A stretch of 63,855 nucleotides of DNA, counting the filler, from Atractiella rhizophila (taxonomy: Eukaryota): the NCBI GenBank assembly GCA_021432655.1. It is 3 parts of 3 records of this genome, joined end to end, with 100 filler letters (N's around TTAATTAATTAA, not from the genome) between each part and the next. Parts side by side here need not be neighbours in the genome. Positions count along the whole stretch, not along the records: positions 23,155 to 46,145 come from MU271806.1; 2 more parts are not named here. One strand, given 5' to 3'. The notes under the pieces were generated by a model. It did no database searches. It had not been told where the DNA came from and saw only the letters and a list, made by a program, of their open reading frames with translations. Shown in pieces: positions 26,663-40,318 of this stretch. Within the stretch, counting starts at the first letter, position 1, and each line of letters starts with the position of its first letter. A program made the translations under genes and the position numbers.

Positions 26663-27616
26663 TCAGCTCATTACGAAATCCCCCCAGAAGCCTCTCGCAA
26701 GAGTCTGATCGGGCTGTACAATGCGATACATCCCCGTCTTGATTCTGAAGTCATTCACAATTCAACACCATAGCGTCAAGACTTCGAGAGGGTGAACAAA
26801 CGTTTGCCTCTCAGCCCCCATATATCCCGGTGCATGGTACTGAAGCACGATAGTCCCCGTGTCTTTCGCTCGCGCGGTGTACACGAAGTTCCCATCTCTT
26901 CCATAGGTCACTGTGATCTCGTGACGGATTGCGTTGTCTGTGAATCTGTTCCATCCTCGTCAGTCTTACTTCAAAGCAAGTAGAGGAAAGGAATGAGAGG
27001 ACGCACACTGACGCGTTGACTCTTGGACACATCCCGCTGCAAGAACGGTAGTTGTCGACGATTTCGATGACGCCTTCGTAATAGTCGAGGGTAATGATTG
27101 GCCCATCGTCTCCGTGGGAGAAGAGCTGTTCGGTGATCACTCACGTTAGAAAAAAGCGGAAAAGAAGTGGAGGGCACACTTGGAAAAGATGGAAGAAATG
27201 ATCCGAAGACCCTGTCTCAGAGGAAATCCACGTCGTCCATTCATAGTTCCTTGTGTCTCCATCATCTGCGTCTGTCGTTGGGAGACTTAGCATTCCCCAA
27301 CGGCTAAAAGAGGTACTCACAAGGGAACAAGAACTCAGTCCTCTGCCGTGGCGTGTTCTCCGGGCTCCCAGGGTCCAACATGAGTTCCTCATTCTGAGCA
27401 AGATAAAGTCCATAGCATCTCTCAATATGGCTGGAGGCCTCTTCGTTATTGCATCCATCTGTGAGAATACCTGACGCCTGGTATCCGATCTCAACTGATG
27501 GAAAGGGAGAGTTCGAGAACGGATGGAAGCAGGGTGTAGTGGTCGCCGCCAAGGAGGGGAAGGGAGGTAGTCCTCTCGAAGAGGACAAGGAAGAGGAAGA
27601 GAGGGAGGGGGATCAT
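26663..27616 (-). pseudogene. Secreted polysaccharide-lyase-like (beta-jelly-roll) protein, frameshifted copy
   Basis: Paralog of 28313-29408 (RQRTEFLFP, FFHLFQ, KTGMYR). The signal-peptide frame shifts after GGDHYTLLPS at about 27520. Confidence 0.55.
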
Positions 27617-28312
27617 CACGTCGTCAAGTCTTGCAAGTGCGGGATACACAAGCTGGAGAAATGAAAGGAAAAGAAGGCGCAAAGGCGTAGGGCCAACTGA
27701 CTGTGTTTATATCCTCCATCATGGTAGCGGCTGCTGCGCCTGGTTTGTTGTTAGTCTGTCATGGTGAGAGAAGTGGTATCCATGAAGCAATGAAATCGCA
27801 AACAAACAAAACCCCAATCGCGTTTCGGGAGATCAACGCTGCCGTTGTTGCTACATAGGCAGCGGTTGTTCGAATTCGGGAAGCGAGTTTCTTACGGCCT
27901 GCAGCCGCTCACACGAGTTGCTTGCCTTCCTGGTCACGTGCGTACTGTAAGTCCTCCGCTTCCAACCATCATCTCTTTGTGAACAATAGTGCCACCAGCT
28001 CTCAAAGAGGGCCTGACCTTGCCCACAGCTGTCGCCTGAATCTGTTACATCCTTGGGGTCAGTGCAGCTGCACTTTGTTGCTGACGGACAGCTGACTACC
28101 AGTGTTCGTCCGTATGTCCTTCCGTTCGCGGATTGTGCTAATACGTCTTCAGGAGGCAAATTGCGCTTTTTGGGCACTGCTTCTTGCCCAGTCGGGTGGT
28201 CTTTGATAACACCTGCGACATAGGAAGAAAACGCTCCCTTTTACATTCTTTCGAATTCACTCGCAAGTTGCGGACCAATTATAGTTACATCTTCACTTTG
28301 TAATCGACGAAC

Positions 28313-29408
28313 ATGCTCCCTTTCTTTCATATCTTCTCCCTCCTACTCCCTGCCACCGCCATCCCACTTTCCGGCGCTGCAGACCTCGACCTGGGCATGG
28401 GAGACGACAAATGGTCGCTCCTTCCCTCTCCCGACGACTTCAATCCCCTCCAGCTCGCGCCGGGGGAGGGAATGAAGTTTGGCAACCTCACCTTCCCTAC
28501 CGTGACAGTGGGATACCAAGCCTCTGGAGTACTCCAACTCAGGTGCGGAGAGGAACGCGCAGAGAGAAGCATACCTTATTGTTACTCACTGTATTTAGCT
28601 GATAATAGCGCTCTCATGTTGGAGGGAGATACCGATCGCAGCGCCAGGCAGAGAAGCGAGTTTCTGTTCCCTTGTATGTTGTCTTTCCCTCCCAGATGCG
28701 AATCTTGAATACTTCATTTACTATTGACTGAACGGGCAGATCAAGCTGACGGAGACACTCGACATTACGAATATACTATGTGGCTCTCCAGCGAGACAGG
28801 GAGCTCCGAGAACTTTTTCCACCTCTTCCAACTGTGCGTCCCCATCTTTCTGGGTTTGCGTCATGGCCAACTCATCTAAACCAATGTTGAAGGTTTTCGC
28901 ATGGCGATTCTGGACCTGTTATTACCCTGGACTATTACTTGGGAACCATAGTGATCCGCGACCATAAGCGTGAGTGTGCAGAATTCTGTCCTTTCGTCCC
29001 AGCTCAAGCGTATGTCTCCTTCCTCCATCCACTAAGTGTCGATCCTTACTTTCTTGGGGGTCGGATGCAATAGCATGATGGACAAGTCAATCCGGCATAT
29101 ATTCACTATCACCTATGGACCGCTCGGACGCTTCTCTTACGTAGCACAGGAGGTAGAAACAGGAGAGCAGATCATGGCTTATGAAGCGGCAGGGTGGATG
29201 GGGACTGATCGACAGACGTATGTTTTCGCCACAACATTGCACGGTTATGTTGCTTGCAACTACGGGGTAATGGCTGACGACTGATTGCTGGACGGTTTGT
29301 AGACTTAAATGTGGCTTATACCGTCTCGCACGTGCGGATCAAACACTTGCAAGAGCGTTCTTTGGAGCCTTCGTCATGGACCCCCCCGATCCAAATAAAC
29401 CCCAGTGA
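28313..29408 (+). CDS. Secreted polysaccharide-lyase-like (beta-jelly-roll) protein, spliced
   Basis: Signal peptide plus motifs RQRSEF, FFHLFQ and LKCGLYR, which resemble the R-x-E, Q/H and K-x-G-x-Y strands of PL7/PL20-type folds. Family call is inference. Confidence 0.55.
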
Positions 29409-30104
29409 CGCTCTCTTTTCAAGGTCGGAACTAATAGCAGGGGGTCGCTTCGAAGAGACATACTTGATGAGAAGAGAATTGGGAGACTTTAGCTGCATTA
29501 CCATAATTTTTGGCATTCTTATTCAAGTTGTTCGCATGCATTGTCTTTCAATCCATTAGTCCTTCAGTTTGGGGTGTTGCTGCACTAAGTTCAACAAGTA
29601 GAGATAGGTTAATCATGATTATTTAGCTGGCACGTTTCTTTGAGTGTTAAAGCGACGGTGACTCAAACCCATTCGACTCTCAGAGTCTAGCGACTTAAGC
29701 GTGGTAACCTTGCCCAGACCAAAAATGCGCCGTGCCTACCAAATTGGCTCCTCTTGCTCCTGTCCTCGCTCCCAGTCTCAGATTTACTCTGTCCCGGATG
29801 CCGATATCTCGAGCTATCCAAGTGAAGATAACCATTAATCGTAACGCGTAATGCACTCACTCTCTCCTTCGCCCCTTCGCCGTTGGCGGCTTCAAGTAGC
29901 GAGCCGACCAGTGCCGTCCCCTCACCAAAGCATGCCACATCGGCGGTTGAGCTAAAATCGGATGGACTCCACTCTAGCTCAGGCGAAGAGGTGGGAGATC
30001 GATTGATGCGCACGGCAGCGACCATCGTCTTTATATTCCGCACCCTCTACCTTCGTCCCATCTATCTACTACCTACCAACATCATTGAACGGTGACAATT
30101 CGGC

Positions 30105-31758
30105 ATGACAACTTCCTTGAAGGAGCCTCTCAAGTACTCGGGTTCTCTCGATCACCTGGAGTTTTTGAGGTTACTCCCGTCATTGGTTAGCCCTATTGTC
30201 GCATCGGAATTGATTAACATTGATTTTTTGCCCGGCTTGGCAGGGAGAGAGTATCCAAAGACCCAGATCAAAGATATCCTCAACGCCCCTAATGCGGAAC
30301 AGATGATCCGAGACCTCGCAATCATCAGTATGTTTCTCTCCCAAAGCGTTCGCAGGTGCTGACACTCCCGTCAACAGTCAGTCAGCGAGGAGTTGTTTTT
30401 TTCCGTACCCAGGAATTAGACATTGCCTCGCAGGTATGCGCTTCCTCAAGTGCTTCAGCAAACCCATCTTCATGTTTCTTCAGAAAAGGTTCACCAATCT
30501 TCTCGGGAAGCTGGGAGGGCGACCTGCCGATCACGACCTTCACAAGCACCCTCTATTCTACTCACCCCTGAACTCTGCCGTGCGTATCTTGTGTTCAGAG
30601 GCAACTCCAACTAAGCTTGGTGTAGATGGACGAAAAGGGCGGAACGGACCCGGAAATCTACGTTATCTCGAGTGAGACGCAGGCTAAGCTGTACCCGAAA
30701 GAAGACATGAAACGGACGTATAACGATGCTGCTGAACAAGTGTGTCTTCCTCTTCTCGTTGAATTACATTCTGACACAAACACAGTGGCACTCCGATTGC
30801 CTTTTCGAAACGTGCCCGGCGGAGTCCGTTTTCTGATTCTTGATTTTTTTCATACTCAATGCGGTTTTAGCTACTCCTGCCTCAAGCTTCATGAAACCCC
30901 TAAGACTGGAGGAGATACAATGTGGGCGTCTGCTTACGAAGTGTGCGTCCGCTCCCAAATCGCTAGAACCTTTAGATTTAGTATGCTTGCTTGAAGGTAC
31001 GATCGCATGTCCCCCCCATGGCAAAAGTTCATGGAGAGTCTGGAATGTGTGTGCGCGCAGCCTATCTTCAAGAAGACTGGTGCGTCGCTCTTCTTTTTCT
31101 CACACTGCAAACCCAAAAGGTTTATACAAAGCGGAACGGTCTAACTGCCCCATTATGGAGCCTCGCGGATCTCCACTCAACGTAGGAGACACTTTCGCAC
31201 CGGTCCATCCCATGGTGCGATCGAATCCTGTATGCGTTTCCTAACTTTCAGCTTGTTTTTTTCAATCAGAAGAATAGGTAACTGGATGGAAAGCGATCGT
31301 TGGTTTTGGGCTCCATTTTACCGAAATCAAGGACGTTTCGCCGTATGAGAATCAGATGATCAAAGACTACGTCATGAGACTGGTGACGCGGAACCACGAC
31401 CTCCAAGTTCGCCTTTGCTGATTCAGGAATCGAAGCTGATAAAAGAGCAACAGGCAAGGATCAAGTGGACACCGAACGATGTCGCCATCTGGGACAACCG
31501 AAGCGTTTTTCAGTACGCCTCGTCCCTGCCTTCTCTCCCAAAATCTGAAAGATGCTGTTTCCAGTTCTGCAACCCCCGACCTCATGCTGGCCGGAGGAAG
31601 GAGAACAGGCAATAGGGCCAGCTCAGTTGGCGAGAAACCGTATCTGGACCAGAATGTGGGTCTCATTCTCATTGTCGTGTCTTGGGTCCCGTCAACTGAC
31701 GCGTAATCAGGCTAAATCAAGGAGGGAAGCTTTGAGGGAAGGGGCAGAAAAGAAATAA
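30105..31758 (+). CDS. TauD/TfdA alpha-ketoglutarate-dependent dioxygenase, many introns
   Basis: Motifs QRGVVFFRTQEL, WHSD (HxD), GGDTMWASAYE, HPMVRSNP and WTPNDVAIWDNRSVFH (the His codon is split by an intron). Confidence 0.92.
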
Positions 31759-33679
31759 AGTGTCACAGCAATCACCTGTTGACGTCGAGGACACGGTGAA
31801 CATGGATTATAAGCATTCGAGGGACTAGATGTAAGAATTTGAAAGCTTGGTAAATGACAAATGCTAAATACATCCCTCACACTCGCGACTTTGACATCTT
31901 CCAATGAGTACTCATAGGAAGCACAGTCCTTGCCTGTAACTCCAATGGCGATAACTCCTGAGCGCTTAAACTGACCAATTGGTCAAATAAGACATGTAAG
32001 TGGGAAAGAAAATGGGAACCCAATAGAATGATCTTTATCATGCTGAGGATCCATATCACTTTATGCAACAGGATGATTATGCATTATGCATCCTGCGTCA
32101 ACTAGGCAAAGGGACTTTACCGTTCACGAGTAGCTTCGTTTCAACACCTCATCACCACTAAGCAATTGCAACCCAGGGATCCATCCCTCATAATCCGCTA
32201 ACTTGCGCGTCTTCTAAATGAAAGGGAGAAACAACTACACATTGTCGCCCTCAAAAAGGTCTCCAAGCGCTCCAATGATGTCTTCGGTATGGGACCAATG
32301 GGAGCCAGACGTCCATTTGCGTTGAAGGACGAAGTGAGGAAGCAAAACCTTGAAGTCGGGCACACTTGCGCTCACCATCATTTTGAAAGTATCTCCAGGC
32401 CCTCTTGTCTTTCACCTTTCAAAATCTCCTTCGGTGGCATTCCCGTCAGTGCAATCATCTCCGCAACGGTTTGAGCGTTCGAAAAGTTCCCTTCCCTGTC
32501 CTTGGCGCCAAACAAAGTGACGGTCATAAACAGCTATGCAAAATAGCCAGCCAAAGCTCCAGATGTCGGGTAACTCCAAGGCAAACAACTCCAAGGTCTC
32601 GAAAGAGATTAGGCATGATGTCGTCCTTCCATGGCCCGAGATCGCCAAATCGTGTGTGGCCGAAGTCGCATAATATGTGGAAATGGATTGTGTGGGGAGG
32701 TGCGATAAAGGGGTAGATTATGCAATCCACGAGAATCCTGCGAGGGATAGGAGATCGGACCTCTCGTTCTTCAGTCTTCGTCAACACGGAAAGATCCTTC
32801 ATCGTGAAGAGTATGCTCTTCGGTTCCCACATCTGGATCTGAATTAGCTTTGATACGAGTCGAGGGAGATCTAGACCTGTATGTATAAGTTGACCTTAGA
32901 AATGCAAGAAATCAAGTCCTATCAGAGATTAGGGTTAGCGTCCTAAGATCAGCATGGGTAGTTTACTTTCTTTTTCAATGCTTCTTCTTACCGCAGGACC
33001 TGCACAATCAATACTTTCGACGTAGTTCCAAAACCTAGTTTGGAAACGATTTGATTTAAGACTCGGTGAATCTGTGCTGGATAGTATTGAGCAGGATAAT
33101 AGGATGGTAGCGTTTCCTCATCAAGACGGTGGAGTCTGGAATCACTTGGAGGTCAGATATGGAAACACTCGGGGAGGTATCATTACCTGGTCCGCGTCGA
33201 GGAGTCGCATCAAGGGGAAACCTGGGGAGAATTGTCGCACGGCAATCACTAGAACTTGCTAACGCTAAAAAAGGTGGACACGAGATACATGGAATAGAGC
33301 AAGCCCCAAGTGGTGCTGCTAGCATGACACAGGACGTTACTTCGAAGCGCACACAAGTTCTCGCAAGAAGCGATTCTCTTTATACATGAGCTGTTCTCCA
33401 ATACCTCTTCGATCGTGGTGGCGTGGTCTCAGGCTTCATCGATGCTTCATCTGTAACGGTGACAGTATTCAAACTTGCAGCATTGCGCTCAGCAGTGCCA
33501 AAGTAACGCTCGAGTCTACGTATCTAATCCTGATTCTAATCATAGCCCAGCTTAGCCGACATGATGAAAATTGGTGACGCTGGAAGATAATCTGACGTCA
33601 CCTCTTTCGCGAATATATAAAGGTTGAGCAAAGGTAGGTAACAAGCCAATAACAACCAAGCAAATAAGCATAAAGCAAC

Positions 33680-34285
33680 ATGTCTTCCAACGCAACCACC
33701 AACACTAGCTCTACATCGCCTGCTTATGCGACGAACGCTCCTGCTCATGGGAGGAACGCAGGAAATACTTTTGGAGAGAAAGTTCGGTGCGTCCCGTTCT
33801 CATGGGTACAGGACTGGCATGACTGAGGGAATACGATGCAGAGACGGGTTTAACGTCGCTGGTGGAACAGGAGACGCGATTCGTGGCACCTTCAACTCGT
33901 ACGTGTGCTCACCGTCCCCTTCCTGTGCTGAACAATGGAGAAAAGGGCGATGGACTCGCTTGGAGATGCCATCACTGGACGTGATGGTCACGCGAAGCAT
34001 CAAGTCTCTGAAACTCACAATGAAGGCATTGCCAACCGCGGTCGGTTGCTTTGCTCCTTCTCACTTCCAATCTGCTCACCCCGCGGAATAGGGATGAATG
34101 ACGTCCGCCAAGGCATGGATCACCTTCGAGGACGACCAGAAACGACGGCTGAACACCAGACGGGGGGAAGTCTGCCTCCTAACAACGTCAACTTGCAGCC
34201 TCAGTATAATAATCCCACGACGGCAGCTGCTGACGCGAGTGGAGAGACGGCTGGAGCAGGGGAGTCGAAGCGAGGATTCGTGTGA
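33680..34285 (+). CDS. Small hydrophilic fungal protein (stress/hydrophilin-like), spliced
   Basis: TATA at about 33614, ATG 33680, exons joined give GFNVAGGTGDAIRGTFNSAMDSLG. Confidence 0.5.
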
Positions 34286-34542
34286 GCGTCGTGTTGAAGG
34301 GCGCGATGTAATTATTGTACTTTGTCGATAAAGCAGAAATGTGAATACTGTACTGCATCACATCACTCACAGGCAGCAGCAGGTTGCTGGATGAATGCCA
34401 AAATACGGCTCCCGAAAGTACGCACGGGAACTCCGCGGCGCTGTGTCTCTCACCGCCTACATTCACGCTCGCCTTCTCTCCTCCAGCGACCAGCTCCTCC
34501 AACGTCTCCCACCGCACCACTCCTTCTCTTCCCTCGTCCAAC

Positions 34543-36021
34543 ATGCCGCTCAACTACACACACTCCTCCGGTGGAGGCTCTTCAAATGCGCCGAGCTATG
34601 AAATGGAGGGCAGGAATAGCATGGGTGGAGGGAGCATGGACGACTATTTCGGCGAGGTATGTTCTGCCCTTTCAGTCTACAAGTTTCGGAGGGTCTGGGA
34701 AACCATTTCTGCATTCGTTCCGGTTGCAGAAGAAGGACTGAGGGCGAAAGAGTGACATGTTGTCCCACTTCACTTCACCTGCTTAGACGTTGCACCGCAA
34801 GAAGTTGCCACAGCTCTTTCTCATTCACTCAAGTAATTGTGTCCAAGCGGGAGACCTGTTGAAGTACTCGAAACAAGCACATCGCTATGCAGAATGAGGT
34901 TACTCTGGTATAAGTAGAGAAAACGGTGTTCACTGCTCTCCGTTGAATATCACGATGGTATTTTCTAGCCGTAGCTGCCTCTTCCTGCACATGTCTCATG
35001 ACATCTTTAACTACGTGTTCTCTCTTTACTCAGGTCAACTATTCGGTGCTCCTCTGACTGTTTGCCGTTATACAGATTAGTGCCATCCAAGATGCCATCC
35101 GCACGTTCAACGATCAAGTTCAAAACATTTCCGACCTACACAACCGTCAGCTCACTGCATTGGACGCTGACCCGAACAGCACCGCCTCCACTGTATCCTC
35201 TGACCTTGCCACTGCGAGTTCCTCCATATCGACGCTGTCGAACTCGATCAAGCAACGCATCAAAACCCTTGAGCGACAAACCGTCCGTTTGCCAGCCACG
35301 AACCCGGACAAGAGCGTGCGCCAGAACCAGGAGGGAGCGTTGAAAAAGAGGTTCATGGAGACCATCGAGTCGTACCAAGGAGTGGAAAAGGCGTATCGAG
35401 ATAGGCTTAGGATGCGACTCGAGAGGCAGTATAGGATCGTGAAACCTGATGCGACCGAGGATGAGGTGCGGAATGCGGTTGATGGTGACGCGGGCGAGGG
35501 AGGGGTCTTCGCTCAAGCTGTGCGCCGTCGTTTTTACCTACTCAACCCTGTGGTTTAACTAATTGAGTCTTATAGTTGCTTGGATCGAGAACTACGGATG
35601 CTCGACGCGCCTTGTCTGCGGCCCAAGACCGACAAAAGGACATCAAGAAGATTGAGCAGACGCTCGTGGAGCTCGCTCAACTTTTTAACGAAGTAAGTCA
35701 CTGTCTCTGTCTCTCTTCCGCAGACGCAGCTGAGGACGGATTTAGATGTCTATCATGGTTGAGCAAGACGATGAAAAGATTGTGAGCATTGATGAACGAC
35801 AGGCGCTTGTTGGTGAGGAGCTTGGAATGACGTAGGTTTCTCCTTCCTCTGTCCATGGGTTCAGACGCTTATCTGTCTGTTGGCTTAGCATCAAGGAGCT
35901 AAAACAGGCGAATGTCTCGGCCAGAAATTACCGCAGGGGTCGATGGATTTGTTTCTTCATCTCCGTTGGAGTTCTTGTTGTTGTCGGTATCATTCTTGCC
36001 ATTGTCTTCGGGAGGAAGTGA
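34543..36021 (+). CDS. Plasma-membrane syntaxin (Sso1/2-like t-SNARE)
   Basis: Habc region ending RQYRIVKPDATEDEV...VFAQA, SNARE motif DIKKIEQTLVELAQLFNE, and C-terminal RWICFFI transmembrane anchor. Confidence 0.92.
34760..34994 (+). ncRNA. Candidate intronic H/ACA-type snoRNA
   Basis: Inside the unusually long syntaxin intron 1: hairpin (ACTTCA/TGAAGT, CCTGCTT/AAGCGGG), AAACAA H box at 34871, second hairpin (TGCAG..GAGG/CCTC..CTGC), then ACA at 34989. Confidence 0.35.
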
Positions 36022-39000
36022 AATCTCCATTTCTTCCCTCAAGGACAATGTTTGGTGTAGGCTATTCACGCTCGAGTTATGCATTCTATTCTTTGGTCGG
36101 GAATACGGTTGCCTTGAACAAGTTACACTGGCCGCCTATCTGACATCTGACATCTGCCGCCTGCCGCAGCTTGCCATGGGGCCGCTCATGCCGTGTGTTT
36201 GTCGATACATAGGCACTTCCAATCGTTCGGTGGCAGAGCGCTGTCACACGCAAGACCTCTTCAACTTGAAATTCCTTCGCTTAGTTCTTCTCGACGTCTC
36301 GAAGTCTCTAAGTCGTCAGAGCCTTGCAGAGAGATCCGGTCTGGCGCCCGCATCACCACGATTGCCAGCAGAAAAGAACATCAGCTAGGCAAAAGGGAAA
36401 AGGTTAGCTGACTAATCCTCACTCGCCGTTTATCGATCCTGGCCTACCGTATTGACGTCGTAACCCTGAGTTGCTAAACCAGCTTCGTCCTCTTGAAAAG
36501 GTCTGCTGACTAGTATTCTGCTGGGCCGATGGTGTAACCCGAACATCGAGCAGACCTGACCTGAGGGTGCTTTTCGAACCACGGCATTCTAAGGTATTCG
36601 AATTCAGCATGTTCGATCGGATCCCCAGTCGCCAATCGGCCATATGGATCGATCAGAAACGATGGACAAGAGTCAGGAGTACTATTATTGCGAGCATCAT
36701 CGGCATGCTCGTCTGGCGTCGTGCGTTCAGCGCAAACATCGACTTCCGCTAAGCCAGACTAATTTTTGCCAACGCATGCATGAAATGCACACGAAGTGAC
36801 ACAATAATCACGAAAAAGGACGCAGCGCAAAGAGATCCATGACGAGAGAAGAATCAGAAACGAGACGCCTGCGGAATAGACGTTGCGCCTAGACGATGAA
36901 ATCTACGATAGGTAGACGGTAGACGCAGCTGAGGGCAACGGCCGGGTGAAAAGCTCGTTTATCGAGTAACTGACACCACTCAGCGTATGTAACGAGCTCT
37001 GCATGAGTGGTGCGCAACGTGGGACAGTTATTGATCAGATGCTTGCTACGTAGTGTGTAAGCCTAACCCTCATAAAGAGTAAATAGAGCGGGGGCGTATA
37101 GATTGTCTACCGGTTTTTTTTCAAAACTGAACTAAGATTTGTATGAGCAATCGCCTATGAGCCGATTCCTTCTTTAATTCGACGTAAACGTGTTGAACAG
37201 GAGAAGGATCTTACCAATCCATTGTAATTGACCTCCTAAAAAATCTAGAACACAGATGAGATGGTCGGATAAAAGCATGCAAAACACCTGAACGCACTAT
37301 TTCGATCGACCTCTTTCGTCGCGGAAGGCAAACACTCCTTTCCTCTAAAGTCGACCTCTACGAATTCGGGACTAGTATCATTCCGGGGCTGAAGGTTACA
37401 GGATCTTTCCAATGTTCTTTCCCAAGGTCAGGTTGAATTTGGGGTTCCTCCACTGTCCGGATTTCAATTCTTCGTCTTCAAAATAAAGGACGATGCTTTT
37501 CTCCTGTGGTTTAATCTGAAGGGTTTATGAGCGGCTAGGTCATATCCAGTTGAGGATGATGCATATCGTTGTTTAGGGGTTAGGAAGCGTGCCGGTACTG
37601 ACAGTTGACGTGGGTGGAGGTGTCGGATGGAGAATAAGGTGCGATAGAACCATGGGGTTAGATTGTGAGTTTACAAAAAAAGATGAGAAAGTAACAAACT
37701 GTTTCCATCATGTACCGTCGTATGCTCCATTTGCGAATCCGCTGAGCGGCTTTCATGTCCTGTGGGTCGTCAGTGATAGAAACTTGACCTTTCAGCAAAG
37801 CATTATTCCTGTGTTAGGACTGGGAGCGGCGTCGACAGTATGTAGAATATAAATTAGATGGCTTTGCGAGGGAGACACTGATATACAACAGACATACCGG
37901 CAATCGCAGCTTGTAAGGAAGGTTGATCCATCACGAATTGTTGATGAGGGGACATGAGGGGATATGATATAAAGCAAGCCCATGATCTGCTGCCGCAATA
38001 CCTTCGAGTAAGGTTTCTATCATATGTTCCAGAGAGGTGAAAGACTCACCCACATCAGAGCCATTCACTTTAGAAATAGCATAGGTTGAGTTGAACTCTT
38101 GTGGGTGGTTGGCCGTGGTTAGATCAATACTGCTCGCGAAAGGATAATAATTTGAGATGACGAGTGTGGCGGCTGGGTGGAATGTCGGGTTAGCGGATGG
38201 CATAAACGCGAAGTCTGGGGCTAGATTCACGGCGACTTCTTGCTGAAAGTGAAGATTTCCCGATGAGTTCAAAGACGCCTCAGGGGAATGAAGTGAAAGG
38301 TGGGATCCGTGGACGCTAGCTCTCGGAGGGATACGGGTGGCTGCGAATCGTAGCGGGTGCGGAGTGGTATGTTACTTGTCCTTGAGAGGTTGATTCGAAA
38401 CTTGGTGAGGAGGAAACCATCCGTGCGAGCGGTACCGTGAATCGGAGACTGTAGCGAACGGAGAATGACGCGCCGAATAGTTATCCATAGCAGCAGGCGC
38501 GGAGTGGTATGGCATACGAAACGGAAACGTCCCAGCGAGTTGTCTTTGAGGGTAAAAATGCCCCAGCTAGTTAGAGACTTGGTGCGAAGGAAGAGGGTTA
38601 TGCATTCCGCATGGATGGTGCTCGAAGGTGGAGATCCCAGCTGGCAGAGTGGAATTCGTTCAAAGGTTGGACGTCGAAGGGGATCTGAAATGAGATGGCA
38701 GGCGGAATGGAGCCAGAGCAACGTGTTGTGGAGGGCGAAAATCGCATGATGGATCGAAGGAGGCTGGAGAAAGGAGGCTGGAACAGAGGGTAAGATGAGG
38801 ACTCTGAGCGCCGTATGCTTGTAACTGAGGTTGGATTCATCGAAAGGGGTCGAGCATGTGATTGGGTACGTTGAGACCTTCAGTGGATAGCGCGAAATCA
38901 GCCAAGTACAAGTATATGATATGAAAAGGATGGCAAACAAGAACAGAAGTGAAATGCGTCGGGGGGAATGGTCTCGTTTATCCGCACTGAGGAACTGGTT

Positions 39001-40318
39001 CTGCGGTTGAGTGACGGAGTGATTGGCGGCGGGCATCTGCAAAGAAGATTTGGAGTTTCGTTGTGTCGTCGGGGCGATTGCGAATGCGATGACTATGTCG
39101 ATGTTGGGAGGTTGAAGCTGGAGTTTTGGAGGTGGATGTGGCCCCGACTGGGCGAGGGAGTTGTAGGCTTTGACGAGGAAGGATCTTGAGCGATGCACTC
39201 TCCATGCCCAACATCGTCTGTTTCGCAATGACTGACCGATATGGATATTCCACGGTTACTAGTAAGATGGGAGAAATGAAGGAGACAGGCTTAAATAGGA
39301 TGGCAACATTCCCAACAGCCAGCCTTCCACTCTTTTGGGAGGGTCTGTGAGATAAAGTGTTCATGGAATTTCGACTAAATCATGGAGCAATAAAAAAGAT
39401 AGTTAGGATTGCATAAGTCGTCAGATAATTCAGAAAGCTAAGCATAACGTAAAGAGTGACGCCTCGATATTGAAGAGAGGATTTAATAAATTCACCCTTG
39501 TTCCCTTCACTTTCATGAACTTTGGGCAACGCATGTTCAGGATGTGGGACAAACAGTGATCAATCTGTTCTAGAATCATGGCAATCGACCACCATCACTC
39601 TCCTCCACAAGCTTCTTGCAGCTTCAGATAAATCAGATATTCGGCTGTTAAGCGATTGGGTTTTGGCTCAAGTTGAAGTTGCGATTGGTTCGCAGGATCA
39701 ACAAAATTGGACACAGTCCTTGTGGGTATCAAATCTCTAAACTGGTCTTATCGACGGTTGAGGTTGACGAAGGCTAAACGTTGACATTGTTGTAGCCACA
39801 TAAATTATAAAAATTTTGAGGAGTGGAAGAAATGACTTCACTTCCTCCTGTTCAAATTACGATCTTTCCGTTTTCAAGTTCGCCAGAGTTACTTCATAGA
39901 CCCTTTTCCGTCCTTAGGAGAGCAGTTCGTCACTGCGTCAGAACCGGAAGATATGTGGCGCGATATCGTTGATTTTGCCAGTCTCTGTTCTTGTGATTCA
40001 CAATCACTTGCCCTCAACTTCATCCTCTCATCGATCTCTTCTTCTATGCATTCGTACGTACAGATGTTTTGGATCATATTCGTCCTGGATTGGTCCTCTT
40101 GAAACGTCACGGTAGAACTTGGGGAGGCGTCTCTGATGTCTTGTCCTTTCGCCAGTATCAATCCGCACGCTTCCAGAACAGATTTACATGTTTTCTTGCT
40201 TTCTCCCAGCATCCAGAGTGCAGTCATCTGACTTGTATTTTTAGTGTTGTCTCGCTCTCAACGCAGTGCTAGTCTAATTATCATCGATGCCATCTATCAT
40301 CCGATACTTGTCAAGACG

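Noticed and set aside
37400..39364. 319-aa and neighbouring minus-strand ORFs
   Set aside because: The sequence is Pro/Ser-rich with stops in the most coding-like frame and no recognisable domain. It may be a decayed gene, but I cannot support a model.
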